The notes under the pieces were generated by a model. It saw nothing but the letters and a program-made list of their open reading frames with translations, ran no database searches and was not told where the DNA came from. A stretch of 63,104 nucleotides of DNA, filler included, from Octopus bimaculoides (taxonomy: Eukaryota), in NCBI RefSeq assembly GCF_001194135.2. It is 7 parts of 7 records of this genome, joined end to end, with 100 filler letters (N's around TTAATTAATTAA, not from the genome) between each part and the next. Parts side by side here need not be neighbours in the genome. Positions count along the whole stretch, not along the records: positions 23,428 to 33,325 come from NW_026381341.1; positions 33,426 to 43,944 come from NC_068997.1; 5 more parts are not named here. One strand, 5' to 3'. Shown piece by piece: positions 23,727 to 34,830 of the stretch. The translations under genes and the position numbers were made by a program. Position 1 is the first letter of the stretch, and each line of letters opens with the position of its first letter.

Positions 23727-23783
23727 TACATTATTTACATTGTAAATAATGTACATAATTCCTCATCTCTTAAATATAGAACT
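23727..23783 (+). mobile_element. Extreme 3' end of the hammerhead-tail family with a 13-bp inverted duplication
   Basis: TGTAAATAATGTACATAATTCCTCATCTCTTAAATATAGAACT matches the reverse complement of 18921-18965 region; TACATTATTTACA-T-TGTAAATAATGTA is a perfect hairpin. Confidence 0.65.
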
Positions 23784-23869
23784 CTACTATATATAATACA
23801 TATAATAGTAAAAGGTTTTATCAACCCAGTATTTACATGCTAATATTTATAGCTTTATGTCCTTCAAGA

Positions 23870-24252
23870 GTGGAGGCGCAATGGTCCAGTGGTTAGGGCA
23901 GCGGACTCGCAGTCATAGGATCGCTGTTTCGATTCCCAGACCGGGCGTTGTGAATGTTTATTGAGCGAAAACACCTAAAGCTCCACGAGGCTCCGGCAGG
24001 GGATGGTGGCGAACCCTGATGTACTCTTTCACCACAACTTTCTCTCACTCTTGCTTCCTGTTTCTGTTGTGCCTGTAATTCAAAGGGTCAGCCTTGTCAC
24101 ACACTGTGTCACGCTGAATATCCCCGAGAACTACGTTAAGGGTACACGTGTCTGTGGAGTGCTCAGCCACTTGCACGTTAATTTCACGAGCAGGCTGTTC
24201 CGTTGATCGGATCAACTGGAACCCTCGACGTCGTAAGCGACGGAGTGCCAGC
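23870..24252 (+). mobile_element. Full-length young tRNA-derived SINE (family A) with 13-bp TSD
   Basis: Head GGAGGCGCAATGGTCCAGTGGTTAGGGCAGCG...TTCGATTCCC; TSD ATGTCCTTCAAGA at 23857-23869 and 24253-24265. Confidence 0.92.
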
Positions 24253-24711
24253 ATGTCCTTCAAGATCCACTGTTCCAGAACGGAATCATTTCACGTTTAC
24301 TGGGTAGTTTGAAAATTATTATGACGTCACCAATATGTAATCTTACATTTTTATGTTTAGTGTTGTCTTTATCTTTGTGAAATTGTTTTGTCTCTGAGTA
24401 AACCTTTAACTTTAGTACCATTTTCCTATCTGCCAATGATAAGAAACATTTTCCTATTGTCGCCCATATATGTTTTTACATTGTCATTACGTTCTAAGTT
24501 TTGTGGTACCTTTAAGTTTTTATTTATTTATTTATTTACTTATTTACTTATTTATTTATTTATTTGTTTATTTATTCAATAGTTGTTTATTGCAATGTGC
24601 AACTGTACTTGCGTGGCATTATCCGCCAAGTAAGTCTACATGAAACACGTAATTACTCCAGAAAATCATCACCGATATTGCGTATTAAAGAACATAGAAA
24701 TATATAAGTGT

Positions 24712-24753
<42 letters not shown>

Positions 24754-25028
24754 GCAGGAATACACAAGCACACACACACATGTATGTGTGCGTGTATGTA
24801 TGCAAGCATCAATTTACGAATACATATATACACAGACATATATATATGCATATCTCTGTCCCTCTCTCTCTCTCTCTCTTATATATATAATGTACATATA
24901 TATATGTGTGTGTGTGTGTATACATTTGTGTGTGCGTGCGCGTGTGTACTTGTATGTGTAGGTGTGTGCGTACCAATATTTATCGCTATACGTGTGCGTA
25001 CACACGCATTAACCACATTCATCGACCG

Positions 25029-25088
<60 letters not shown>

Positions 25089-25917
25089 ACAAACACATGA
25101 CCATACGCAAGAACATAGCACAACCAAACACAATCTGTTTCTCTTCTGAAAATTAATCACTTATTTCAACATTGTTTGCTCTCGTCTGACTGCAAAATGG
25201 TTATCGGCATTTCAGCCAGGTTCATAGAGAAAAATATTTATTCCAAATTGTATCCAGAGGGTCAGAATATTTGCCTTTGAAAAATCTCATACGCATTCCA
25301 TTTCGTTTTTTCCTGGTTTTCTTTTACTTTTCCCATCGACATTTATTTACTAACGTGTTTTATATAGTTGTATCTCTATCTATTTTTTTCTTCGTTTTCT
25401 TTTTTACTTTTTTTGTCGAATTTTCGTCTCTCTGTATTGGAATGCGTATTAATTTTACGGTGAAGAGAGAAAAATATTTTTGACTTTATATAAAAAGAGA
25501 GAAACAAATCTTCTGTTAATAGTATTGAATTATTTGAAGTTTTGAATATTATTATTATTATTATTATTATTATTGTTATTATTATTGTTATTATTATTTA
25601 ATTTCATTTTCGTTTTTAATTTAATGTTGAATTGCTTCTGTGGTGGAAGGAAGCCGAGTGGATGTATAACGTGTAGAAACAGATATATATAATGTGTATG
25701 ACATTTTCAGAATGTGTGTGCACATGTGTGAGTGTATGTGATTGCATGTATGTAAGTGTTAGTCTATGTGCATATGTGTCTGGGTGTGTAGGTGTATGTA
25801 CATGTTGCCCTCTTCGTGCTTGTATATATATATATATATATATATGTATCGAAAACCATTAGTGTATGTGGGTGCATACTTGTATACATACATACATACA
25901 TACACAAACATATACTA

Positions 25918-25997
<80 letters not shown>

Positions 25998-26529
25998 GTG
26001 TATATATAAGAAAAATTGTGTGTGTGTATATATGTATAGGTATCATAGTGTAAGGTTACTGTTATACGGAAATATGTGTATATAAGTGTATATAGGTGTG
26101 CCTATATCTGTAAGTATTTCTATATATGTGTTCGTGTCTATTATTTGTTCTTCTGTTTGTAATGTAAGTATCTGCGAGTGTAGGCCTATCTATGTGTTTA
26201 TATGTGTGTGTGCGTGTGTTTGTAAGTAATGTATGTATGTCTGTATACGCTTATGCATATATGTTTCTTGTGTGTATTTTATACGTGTATATGTGCGCTT
26301 TTGGAAGTTACCTGGTTAAAAATACAAATAATTTTTATGGAAATTGATTGCAAACACTAATGAGATTTGAAGTTAGAGAAAAGAGCAGCACAAAAAATGG
26401 TGTTGTTGTCGTTGCTATTGTAGCTTTGTTCTTGGAGCAGGTATGGCTGAGTGGCTAATAATATGACATTTTAAGCATATGGTCTTGGGTTCAATCCTTC
26501 TGCAAATTCCGTTGTTTGATCATATTTTT

Positions 26530-26798
26530 TTTTGTGTTAACCGAGGAAGAGCTTACGTAAGAGTTGAAATAATAATTTTAAAGTCGCTTCTCTTATCTAA
26601 TGTGTTATTAACCTTTTCGTTATGCTTAAACGTAGATTTGTGATTATTCCATCGAAGTCTGAATGACGAAGTGGACACCTCAATATAAACATTTACTATA
26701 CCAGCGGCTGTGATAGTGCACTTATACACTATATTTTTCGTAAGGCAATGTTTATGCATGGGGCATATTAATTTAATACGAAATTTACAAGGGCAGAT
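26530..26798 (-). pseudogene. Penelope-like element GIY-YIG endonuclease fragment (CxC..CP...CL..NIVYK type)
   Basis: ICPCKFRIKLICPMHKHCLTKNIVYKCTIT...VYIEVSTSSFRLRWNNHKSTFKH; the YIG motif has decayed to YIE. Confidence 0.8.
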
Positions 26799-26914
26799 TT
26801 AGCTTAATCATTAGTAGGTATGATGCGTTCAGTAACAGTACTATTAATGATAGTGAAGGTGAACCGAATTAATAATCAAACTAACTCTGCTCTATGTAAC
26901 TGCTGAGACTGTTT

Positions 26915-27057
26915 TCGGTACTGAAGTTATTTTACCGACCTCGAAAGGATGTAAGACAAGGTAAACTATGACAGTGATCGAACTCAGATTGGCAAGATGG
27001 ATAAAATGCCACTAAGCATTTTGCTCAGTGCGCTGACAATTCTGCCCCTAGCCGCCT
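26915..27057 (-). mobile_element. Family M SINE, decayed
   Basis: CCGACCTCGAAAGGATGTAAGACAAGG...AAATGCCACTAAGCATTTTGCTCAG...GCCGCC. Confidence 0.7.
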
Positions 27058-27090
27058 TTCATTTATTGGTAATATCAATATTGATATTTA

Positions 27091-27115
27091 TCTTCTATAT
27101 ATATAAAAATGAGAA

Positions 27116-27186
<71 letters not shown>

Positions 27187-28280
27187 GTGAATCCCTAAAA
27201 CTCGAGAACTACGCAACCAATTTCATTCAAATTTTACACATGCCTTACTTAGGGTTCCAGTTGTGTTTTAGTCAAAAAAATTATTAACTTCTTGCAGAGT
27301 TCGAGCACATGGCAACATAATATCTCCTCCACTATTTAAGTATTACGTGTTAAAAGTGAAACAAAAACACTCATGTCAAATACTTTCACTTTAAAAATAA
27401 AACTATTCCACTAACTGAAACAATCACAGTTTCGATACTGTAGTGACAGATACTTTCACAGAGAGAGAAAGAGAGAAAGAGAGAGACAGAAATATATGTA
27501 TACATCTACATGTATATGTACACTATTTCGATACTGTAATGACAGATACTTTCAGAGAGAGAAAGAGAGACAGAGAGAGAGATGTATATGTATACATATA
27601 GATGTACACGTATATGTATATATAGATCTATACATACATGTATATGTATACATATGTGTAGATGTATATATATATATAGATGTACATGTAATATGTACAC
27701 ATATATACATATATACATGCATACAGATATCTATACATATATACACCCATCACACACACATACACATGCACACAAACACACACATTAGTCATTTGTTTTC
27801 TTATCCAAAACTACGTCAAAAGTACTGAATGGATCTTTATGAAATTTGGAAATTATNNNNNNNNNNNNNNNNNNNNNNNNNNNNNNNNNNNNNNNNNNNN
27901 NNNNTCAGGGTCAAACACTGTCTGTAGCTGGTCTTCTCTTGGAAGAGCCCTGCTTCTCACATGGACAACTGTATGTTGGCTGCTCAAGAGTGGGCAGCAA
28001 CAAAAAACCTATTTGTGTATGCTCCACAAGGGAAAACAAGGAACATAGTTTACCATGAGGTGTTATAATCACAACAGCAAGAAAGTATGTACATGATCAC
28101 CTTCCTTTACGAAACTTCATTGACTTTCATATATTTATATTGATATACATATATATATACGTGCGTTTGGGTGCGTGTGTGTATATACATCTCTATATAT
28201 AAAGATGATGCGTAGTCTAGACGGCGTTTTTAGATTTCATTATTCTCTTTAACCCGGGCAACGCCGGGTATTTCTGCTAG
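27091..28280 (+). mobile_element. Helitron (non-autonomous/composite, spans a gap)
   Basis: 5' A|TCTTCTATATATATAAAA followed by (GTCT)n; 3' hairpin CCCGG-GCAACG-CCGGG (28253-28268) then CTAG|T at 28277-28281; internal helicase remnant. Confidence 0.8.
27905..28068 (+). pseudogene. Helitron RepHel PIF1-helicase C-terminus
   Basis: QGQTLSVAGLLLEEPCFSHGQLYVGCSRV, then after a frameshift LFVYAPQGKTRNIVYHEVL*. Confidence 0.92.
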
Positions 28281-28368
28281 TATCATATATTTTATGTGGA
28301 TACCCCAGTGTTGTCGCTTTCTACAGTGTTATTCTGAACTAATACCCCTTTCGTTGCTCATATATGTT

Positions 28369-28743
28369 CATGGCTGTGTGGAAAGAATCTTGTTTCCCAA
28401 CCTCATGATTCTGAGTTCAGTCCCACGACGTGGCACCTAGTTTAACTGTCTTCTATAGCGTCGGTCCGACCAAAGTCTTGTGAGTGGATCTGATAGACAG
28501 AAACTGAAAGAAGCTCGTCGTATACATATATATGTATATATCTATGTGTGTGTCTTTGTGTCCGGCATTGGTGTGTTTACGCTCATGTAACTTAGCGGCT
28601 CGGCAAAAGAAATAGATTAAATAAGTACCAGACTTTAAAAAGTAAGTCCTGCGGTCGATTTGTTCAACTAAAACCCTTCAAAGCGATGCCCTAGCATAGC
28701 CGCAGTCAAATGACTGAAACCAGCAAAAGATAAAAGATAAAAG
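28369..28743 (+). mobile_element. Family C SINE, near full length
   Basis: Collinear with 32133-32567; (TAAAAG)n tail. Confidence 0.85.
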
Positions 28744-29049
28744 AGACATATTATGTATAAATTAATGTGCTTTCATATATTACATATTAGGAAACCATAC
28801 CTGAGTAAGGAATTAGAATTACGTGTTCACACACGTGTGTATAAATATAAATATATATCATAGAAATATACAAATGAATGCTTAATTTATTATTCATATG
28901 CAGTTTTCCAATATATGTTTTTGAAGAACATTAATTTCAATCCAATAGTTTTAACATCTTTTCTCATTTACAGCTATTTAGTTGTTTTAGTTTATAAAAT
29001 TTTCATATATTTTCTTACGTTCCCGCTGAGAATTAAATCTTTATAACAG

Positions 29050-29375
29050 CTTTTGAATATTTGTTCGTCTCTCTTAATTTATTTTAATTCATACCTTGAT
29101 CTTACATAATATATTACTTTTTCTTTAACATAACCTGATAATAGCGATATCATTTGTAAAGATATATATTTTTTATCCAATTCAACAAAATACTACGTTA
29201 TTGGCCATTAACGCTTTTTGATTAAATTTTCGCCATTATTCTATGCGATACGAATCTCGCAGTTTACAAAGAATCCATGATAGTCATCTTCTGCATTACT
29301 TTAACTTAGTATAATGTAAACTTATTTCTATGTACTCTAGCTAAATGCAAATTTACATGTTATTATAACATTCTG
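29050..29375 (-). pseudogene. Possible highly decayed L1/Tx1 LINE C-terminal region
   Basis: Multi-stop translation with EDDYHGFFVNC...SLLSGY, reminiscent of the ExxxHxFxxC zinc knuckle; weak. Confidence 0.3.
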
Positions 29376-29544
29376 AATTAAATTAATTATTTTAACGCCA
29401 ATATTCACAATAATTTTCATTAGCTGTAGAAAACTTAGCGAATCTTATATTATATATCCTTTAAATTTACGAGATATTTTTTCTCTAACCAAACAAAATC
29501 TCTTTAGATATGAATATAGTTTATAAATATTGAAATTAAATTGT

Positions 29545-29790
29545 TATTGGCACTCCGTCGCTTACGACGTCGAGGGTTCCAGTTGATCCGATCAACGGAA
29601 CAGCCTGTTCGTGAAATTAACGTGCAAATGGCTGAAGGCAAAATGGCGGTTCGGCAAAAGAGACCGATAGAATAAGTACTATGCTTACAAAGAATAAGTC
29701 CTGGGGTCGATTTGCTCGACTAAAGGCGGTGCTCCAGCATGGCCGCAGTCAAATGACTGAAATAAGTAAAAGCGTAAAAGAGAGGAAAAA
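29545..29790. mobile_element. Back-to-back SINE fragments: family A tail (-, 29545-29635) and family C 3' half (+, 29645-29790)
   Basis: The first part is the near-exact reverse complement of 24160-24250; the second matches 32430-32560. Confidence 0.85.
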
Positions 29791-30813
29791 GAGTATATAG
29801 ATAGATAGATAGACACGGGCGCATACATATTCGTACATTTAACAAGCTGTGTGACTACGTGCCCTCTGGTTTTATATCTGTGTGTAGTATTCATGCATAC
29901 ATGAGTATTAACGTTTGTCCTTATATATGTAAATATCATACACAATGCCAAAACAAATAATGATAGATCACCTTTATTTTCTAAAGGGAGGTAATTTGCC
30001 AGCAACGAATGGAGACAAAGTTTCTGCAAAGGGTTGTGGCTCTGTTTGGGTGGTGTTAAGAGCCGGGTTGAAAATATATATCATGTTTGTTTATTAATAT
30101 AGAATTGACGTAATAAATGGTGGTTAAGAAGAATNNNNNNNNNNNNNNNNNNNNNNNNNNNNNNNNNNNNNNNNNNNNNNNNNNNNNNNNNNNNNNNNNN
30201 NNNNNNNNNNNNNNNNNNNNNNNNNNNNNNNNNNNNNNNNNNNNNNNNNNNNNNNNNNNNNNNNNNNNNNNNNNNNNNNNNNNNNNNNNNNNNNNNNNNN
30301 NNNNNNNNNNNNNNNNNNNNNNNNNNNNNNNNNNNNNNNNNNNNNNNNNNNNNNNNNNNNNNNNNNNNNNNNNNNNNNNNNNNNNNNNNNNNNNNNNNNN
30401 NNNNNNNNNNNNNNNNNNNNNNNNNNNNNNNNNNNNNNNNNNNNNNNNNNNNNNNNNNNNNNNNNNNNNNNNNNNNNNNNNNNNNNNNNNNNNNNNNNNN
30501 NNNNNNNNNNNNNNNNNNNNNNNNNNNNNNNNNNNNNNNNNNNNNNNNNNNNNNNNNNNNNNNNNNNNNGAGATACTCGTTTAGTTGTTAAATTGTAAAC
30601 ACAACACCAACACGGAATTTGTAAATCAATTGATGAAAGAGAAAGAAAAGTATTGGTAATAATGTCATAAATTTTACAAAAAACGTTAAAAAGGTGTGCG
30701 GCGAGATACCACGCACACACTCACACACACACACATACACACACACACGCACACGCCCACACACACATATACAAATTATGATAAAAACGGTAAATTATAC
30801 AAAAATATATTTC

Positions 30814-30853
<40 letters not shown>

Positions 30854-31433
30854 GAAGAACGTTGATAATATTCCGAATAATAATTACAGAAAATGAAGGA
30901 AGAGAATTGTAGCTTGCTTCAACCATTGTAATAGAGAAGTAAAATATGAAAATAATGAAGACGGCTGGCTTTTTTTACAAGTTTAAAGTTTTGTAGTATC
31001 CGTCATTTGCAAAATATATTGCATAACCAAAGATGATGATTGGCTAAACTTATAATGAAGATAAACATAAAATATAAGGATAAATATATATTTGAATAGA
31101 TGAGATTGAAACAGTTATTGTGCTTCTCAAGTATTTTCTACCTTACTCTCTGTTCATCAGTTTTAGATCTGTTTTGTTTCTCTTTTTTTCTGTAGTGTTT
31201 TCACACTTGTTTCTCCATTGTTGTGTAGGTATATCTTTATATCGTTTTGTTTACTGTTCTTGTGTAACTACCTTCTCTCCATTTGTCTATCCCTGCCCTG
31301 TTACTATGCGACTGTTAAGTCCAGAAGTGAAAGAAGGCTACACACACAAACACACACATACACATACATGTATCTACTGTTCTATTCTTTTATAAACTGA
31401 ATTCTACATCTGGAATTTTGCTACATTTACAAC

Positions 31434-31513
31434 TTGTCTCTGATGACGAAATACCCAGTGTATAGAGATGCTGACACATACCTTGGGATATCCAAGAAAC
31501 AGCTGTAAAGCAA
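31434..31513 (+). ncRNA. Penelope-type minimal hammerhead motif with long stem II
   Basis: CTGATGA 31440-31446; imperfect stem II (ATACCCAG/TTGGGATAT); GAAAC-AGCT-GTA 31496-31507 with a palindromic loop; stem I TTGTCT/AAGCAA imperfect. Confidence 0.55.
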
Positions 31514-31671
31514 TAATTACTTCAAGTTCTCCATTTTTGATTCATCTTACTCTAATTAAATATTCTAATTGACTTTAGATACTCGCCCTGCCAACTCGGA
31601 AGCCTACTACGGATCTCTAGCTTCAGCCTCAGGTGTGAAATCTGAACCTAACGGACGACCAACTATAGCAT

Positions 31672-31830
31672 GATGCTGATGTGTTTACGTCCTCGTAACA
31701 TAGCGGTTCGGCAAAAGAGACCAATAGAATAAGTACTAGGCTTACAAAGAATAAGTCCTGGGGTCGATTTGCTCGACTAAAGGTGGTGCTCCAGCATGGC
31801 CACTATCACATGACTGAAACAAGTAAACAA
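31672..31830 (+). mobile_element. Family C SINE 3' half
   Basis: GTGTTTACGTCCTCGTAACATAGCGGTTCGGCAAAAGAGACC...CCAGCATGGCC. Confidence 0.85.
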
Positions 31831-32132
31831 AAGAAATACTTGTGTCATCAACAGGATGAATGACAACAAAAATAATATCTACAATAGCAATAACAACAAC
31901 AATGTCATCGGCTACGTGGTAAGTAACTGCGCAATCATCAAGAACGATAACTTGAACAATAACAAATACAATAATATTGATAACAACAAAAAGGGAAATA
32001 ACTGCATCATTCCATAACAGCCACAATGACAAACACAATCACGACAACAACAACAACAACAACAACAACAACCAAAACAACAGCAACAGCGATACTTTCA
32101 ATAACATCTAAAAAAAAATGACTATATAGATG

Positions 32133-32297
32133 CAGGAGTGGCTGTGTGGAAAGTAGCTTGCTTACCAACCACATGGTTCCGGGTTCAGTCCCACTGCGTG
32201 GCACTTTGGGCAAGTGTCTTCTACTATAGCCTCGGGCCGACCAAAGCCTTGTGAGTGGATTTGGTAGACGGAAACTGAAAGAAGCCCGTCGTATATA

Positions 32298-32356
<59 letters not shown>

Positions 32357-32567
32357 TTGTGTGTCTGTGTTTGTCCCCCCACCATCGCTTGACAACCAAT
32401 GCTGGTGTGTTTACGTCCCCGTAACTTAGCGGTTCGGCAAAGAAGAGACCGATAGAGTAAGTACTAGGCTTACAAAGAATGAGTCCTGGTGTCGATTTGC
32501 TCGACTAAAAGGCGGTGCTCCAGCATGGCCGCAGTCAAATGACTGAAACAAGTAAAAAAGTAAAGAG
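32133..32567 (+). mobile_element. Family C SINE, full length, young
   Basis: Head GGAGTGGCTGTGTGG...GGTTCCGGGTTCAGTCCC; internal (TA)n/(TG)n; 3' GTCGATTTGCTCGACTAAAAGGCGGTGCTCCAGCATGGCCGCAGTCAAATGACTGAAACAAGTAAAA. Confidence 0.92.
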
Positions 32568-32954
32568 TATATTTCCAAGAGAAAAGGGGATAACAACGAC
32601 ATTATCTAAAACAAGAAAAGTAGTTGCAATAACAACGATAGATAACCATTACGATTGTAACAATTATAATACAAATACCAACAAATATACAATAAAAGCA
32701 ACAATAAAAAAAAATAGCTAAAAAGATATAACTGCATCATCAGGAGCATGAAGAAGAACAACAATAATAGCAATCAAACTAACAACAACAACAACAACAA
32801 TGACATCACCACCTCAACTACGACCAGCAACAACAACAGCCATAACAACAACAACGACAACAAAAACAGAACCAAATTACGGTTATTTGCTAATGTTTAT
32901 AATCTAATCAGAGTTTATGGGGCGCTTATGTTTGCTTGTTATGTATGTCTTGTT

Positions 32955-33037
<83 letters not shown>

Positions 33038-33529
33038 ATTTTTTTTTACTTATTTTCTTAACTTATTTTTTCCTTTTTACAACACTTGAGAAATATATAG
33101 CTTACAGGTATCTTCACACTAACACCATCATGTACTACACACCTCTGTGTGTGTATATATATATATATATGTATCTGTGTATTGATATGCTTATAATATT
33201 TATATGTATGTATCTACAAATCTGCCTTTGCTTTGCATGCGTCTCTTCTACCTAATTGCTCTCTTTCAGTCACTACTCTCTCTCTCTCTCTCTCTTTTCC
33301 TATATATATGTATATATATATATATNNNNNNNNNNNNNNNNNNNNNNNNNNNNNNNNNNNNNNNNNNNNTTAATTAATTAANNNNNNNNNNNNNNNNNNN
33401 NNNNNNNNNNNNNNNNNNNNNNNNNTAGAGAAAAATTTGTAGTTTAGAATCAATAGTTTTTTGACTGCTATTTCTAAATTTTCAGTATGTTGGAGAAGCA
33501 ACTCAATGCTAATCCCTGTATATTTACGA

Positions 33530-33586
<57 letters not shown>

Positions 33587-33634
33587 CATATATAAATATA
33601 TATACATGTGTATGTGTGCGTGTGTGTGTCTGTG

Positions 33635-33678
<44 letters not shown>

Positions 33679-33704
33679 CACACACACACATGCACATATA
33701 TATT

Positions 33705-33876
33705 ATTTTATTCTGTTACGGCGGTCTTCGTTAGTTTCCGTCTACCAAATTCACTTACAAGGTATTGCTTGACCCAGAGCCATAGTGGAAGATACTTACA
33801 CATCAAGCTGGGCAGTGGTACTAAAACTGAAATGCCATCGTTGCAATGCAAGGTTCTTAGCAACATCGCCATGCCT
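33705..33876 (-). mobile_element. Family C SINE 5' half, diverged
   Basis: AGTTTCCGTCTACCAAATTCACTTACAAGG...ATAGTGGAAGATACTT. Confidence 0.75.
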
Positions 33877-34472
33877 TCACCAATGTAGATATTACGAAAC
33901 CGGATTAGATCTAGGAATCTTCATTTTGTAAGCTCAAGTTAATAAAAGCTTTAAACCACCTGGCCACTGATGCATGAACCTTTAGAAGCAGATGTTTACG
34001 TTATTTAAATATATATTTTCAGTTACGGCAGCCACATCAAACTAATGTTATTTCTAGGCTTGCTGTTTCTGTTATCAGTAAGCGTTTTTTGTGGTGTGTC
34101 TTTGATTTTTCTGAATTTCAATTGTGGTTCTCTATCGATTATGGAAATTTTATTCCACAGCGGTGTTTGGTTTCCTTTCTGACATCAAATGCATTCAGCT
34201 ATTCCTCACTTAGATGTTCTTCCTCCTCTCATAAACAGTTTCCAATGTTCCTCTGCTCTGATCTTTAGAGGTCTCCTAGTTTCTCTTCTACATCACCTTC
34301 AGCAAAGACATACAATGTTAGAGAGGGAGTTCTCATGCTGAAGCCATTCTCGGGTAATGCTAACTTTAGGGTGAGGAATTTGTGAAATCTGTTGCTACTT
34401 TTGAATACAATTCTGTGTCATGGTATGTGTTATAAAACCTCCGAAAGTTGTTCATTAAAGATTATGACCAAT

Positions 34473-34830
34473 CATGGCCAAAACGCCTAATTGTCAACAA
34501 TCTAGTCTACCTAGCTGTTTGTAGATACCACGGTGTAGTATAGTTCAATATATTGTGTTCATGAAGAACACACTTATCTATCAACGATCCAGTCCATCTA
34601 GCTGTATGTAGGTATTATACTGTAATAAAGTGTGCGGTATTTTGTCCATGACCAACACACTTAACTGTCAATAGAAAAGTCTATCTGGTTGCATGTAGGA
34701 ACCACAATGTATGTAGTTCATTGTACTGTGTCCATGACCAAGACACTTAAATGACAACAGTCCATTCCACCTAACTGTAAATAGATACCACAGTTTAGTA
34801 CTACAGTTCACTATACTGTTTCTATGAGCA
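34473..34830. repeat. Degenerate ~87-bp tandem repeat, about 4 units
   Basis: CATG(A/G)CCAA.ACACTTAA.TGTCAA restarts at 34473, 34560, 34647, 34733, 34823. Confidence 0.75.

Noticed and set aside
24322-24334. TGACGTCA (CRE) abutting CCAAT
   Set aside because: About one such 8-mer is expected by chance; no promoter context or downstream gene.
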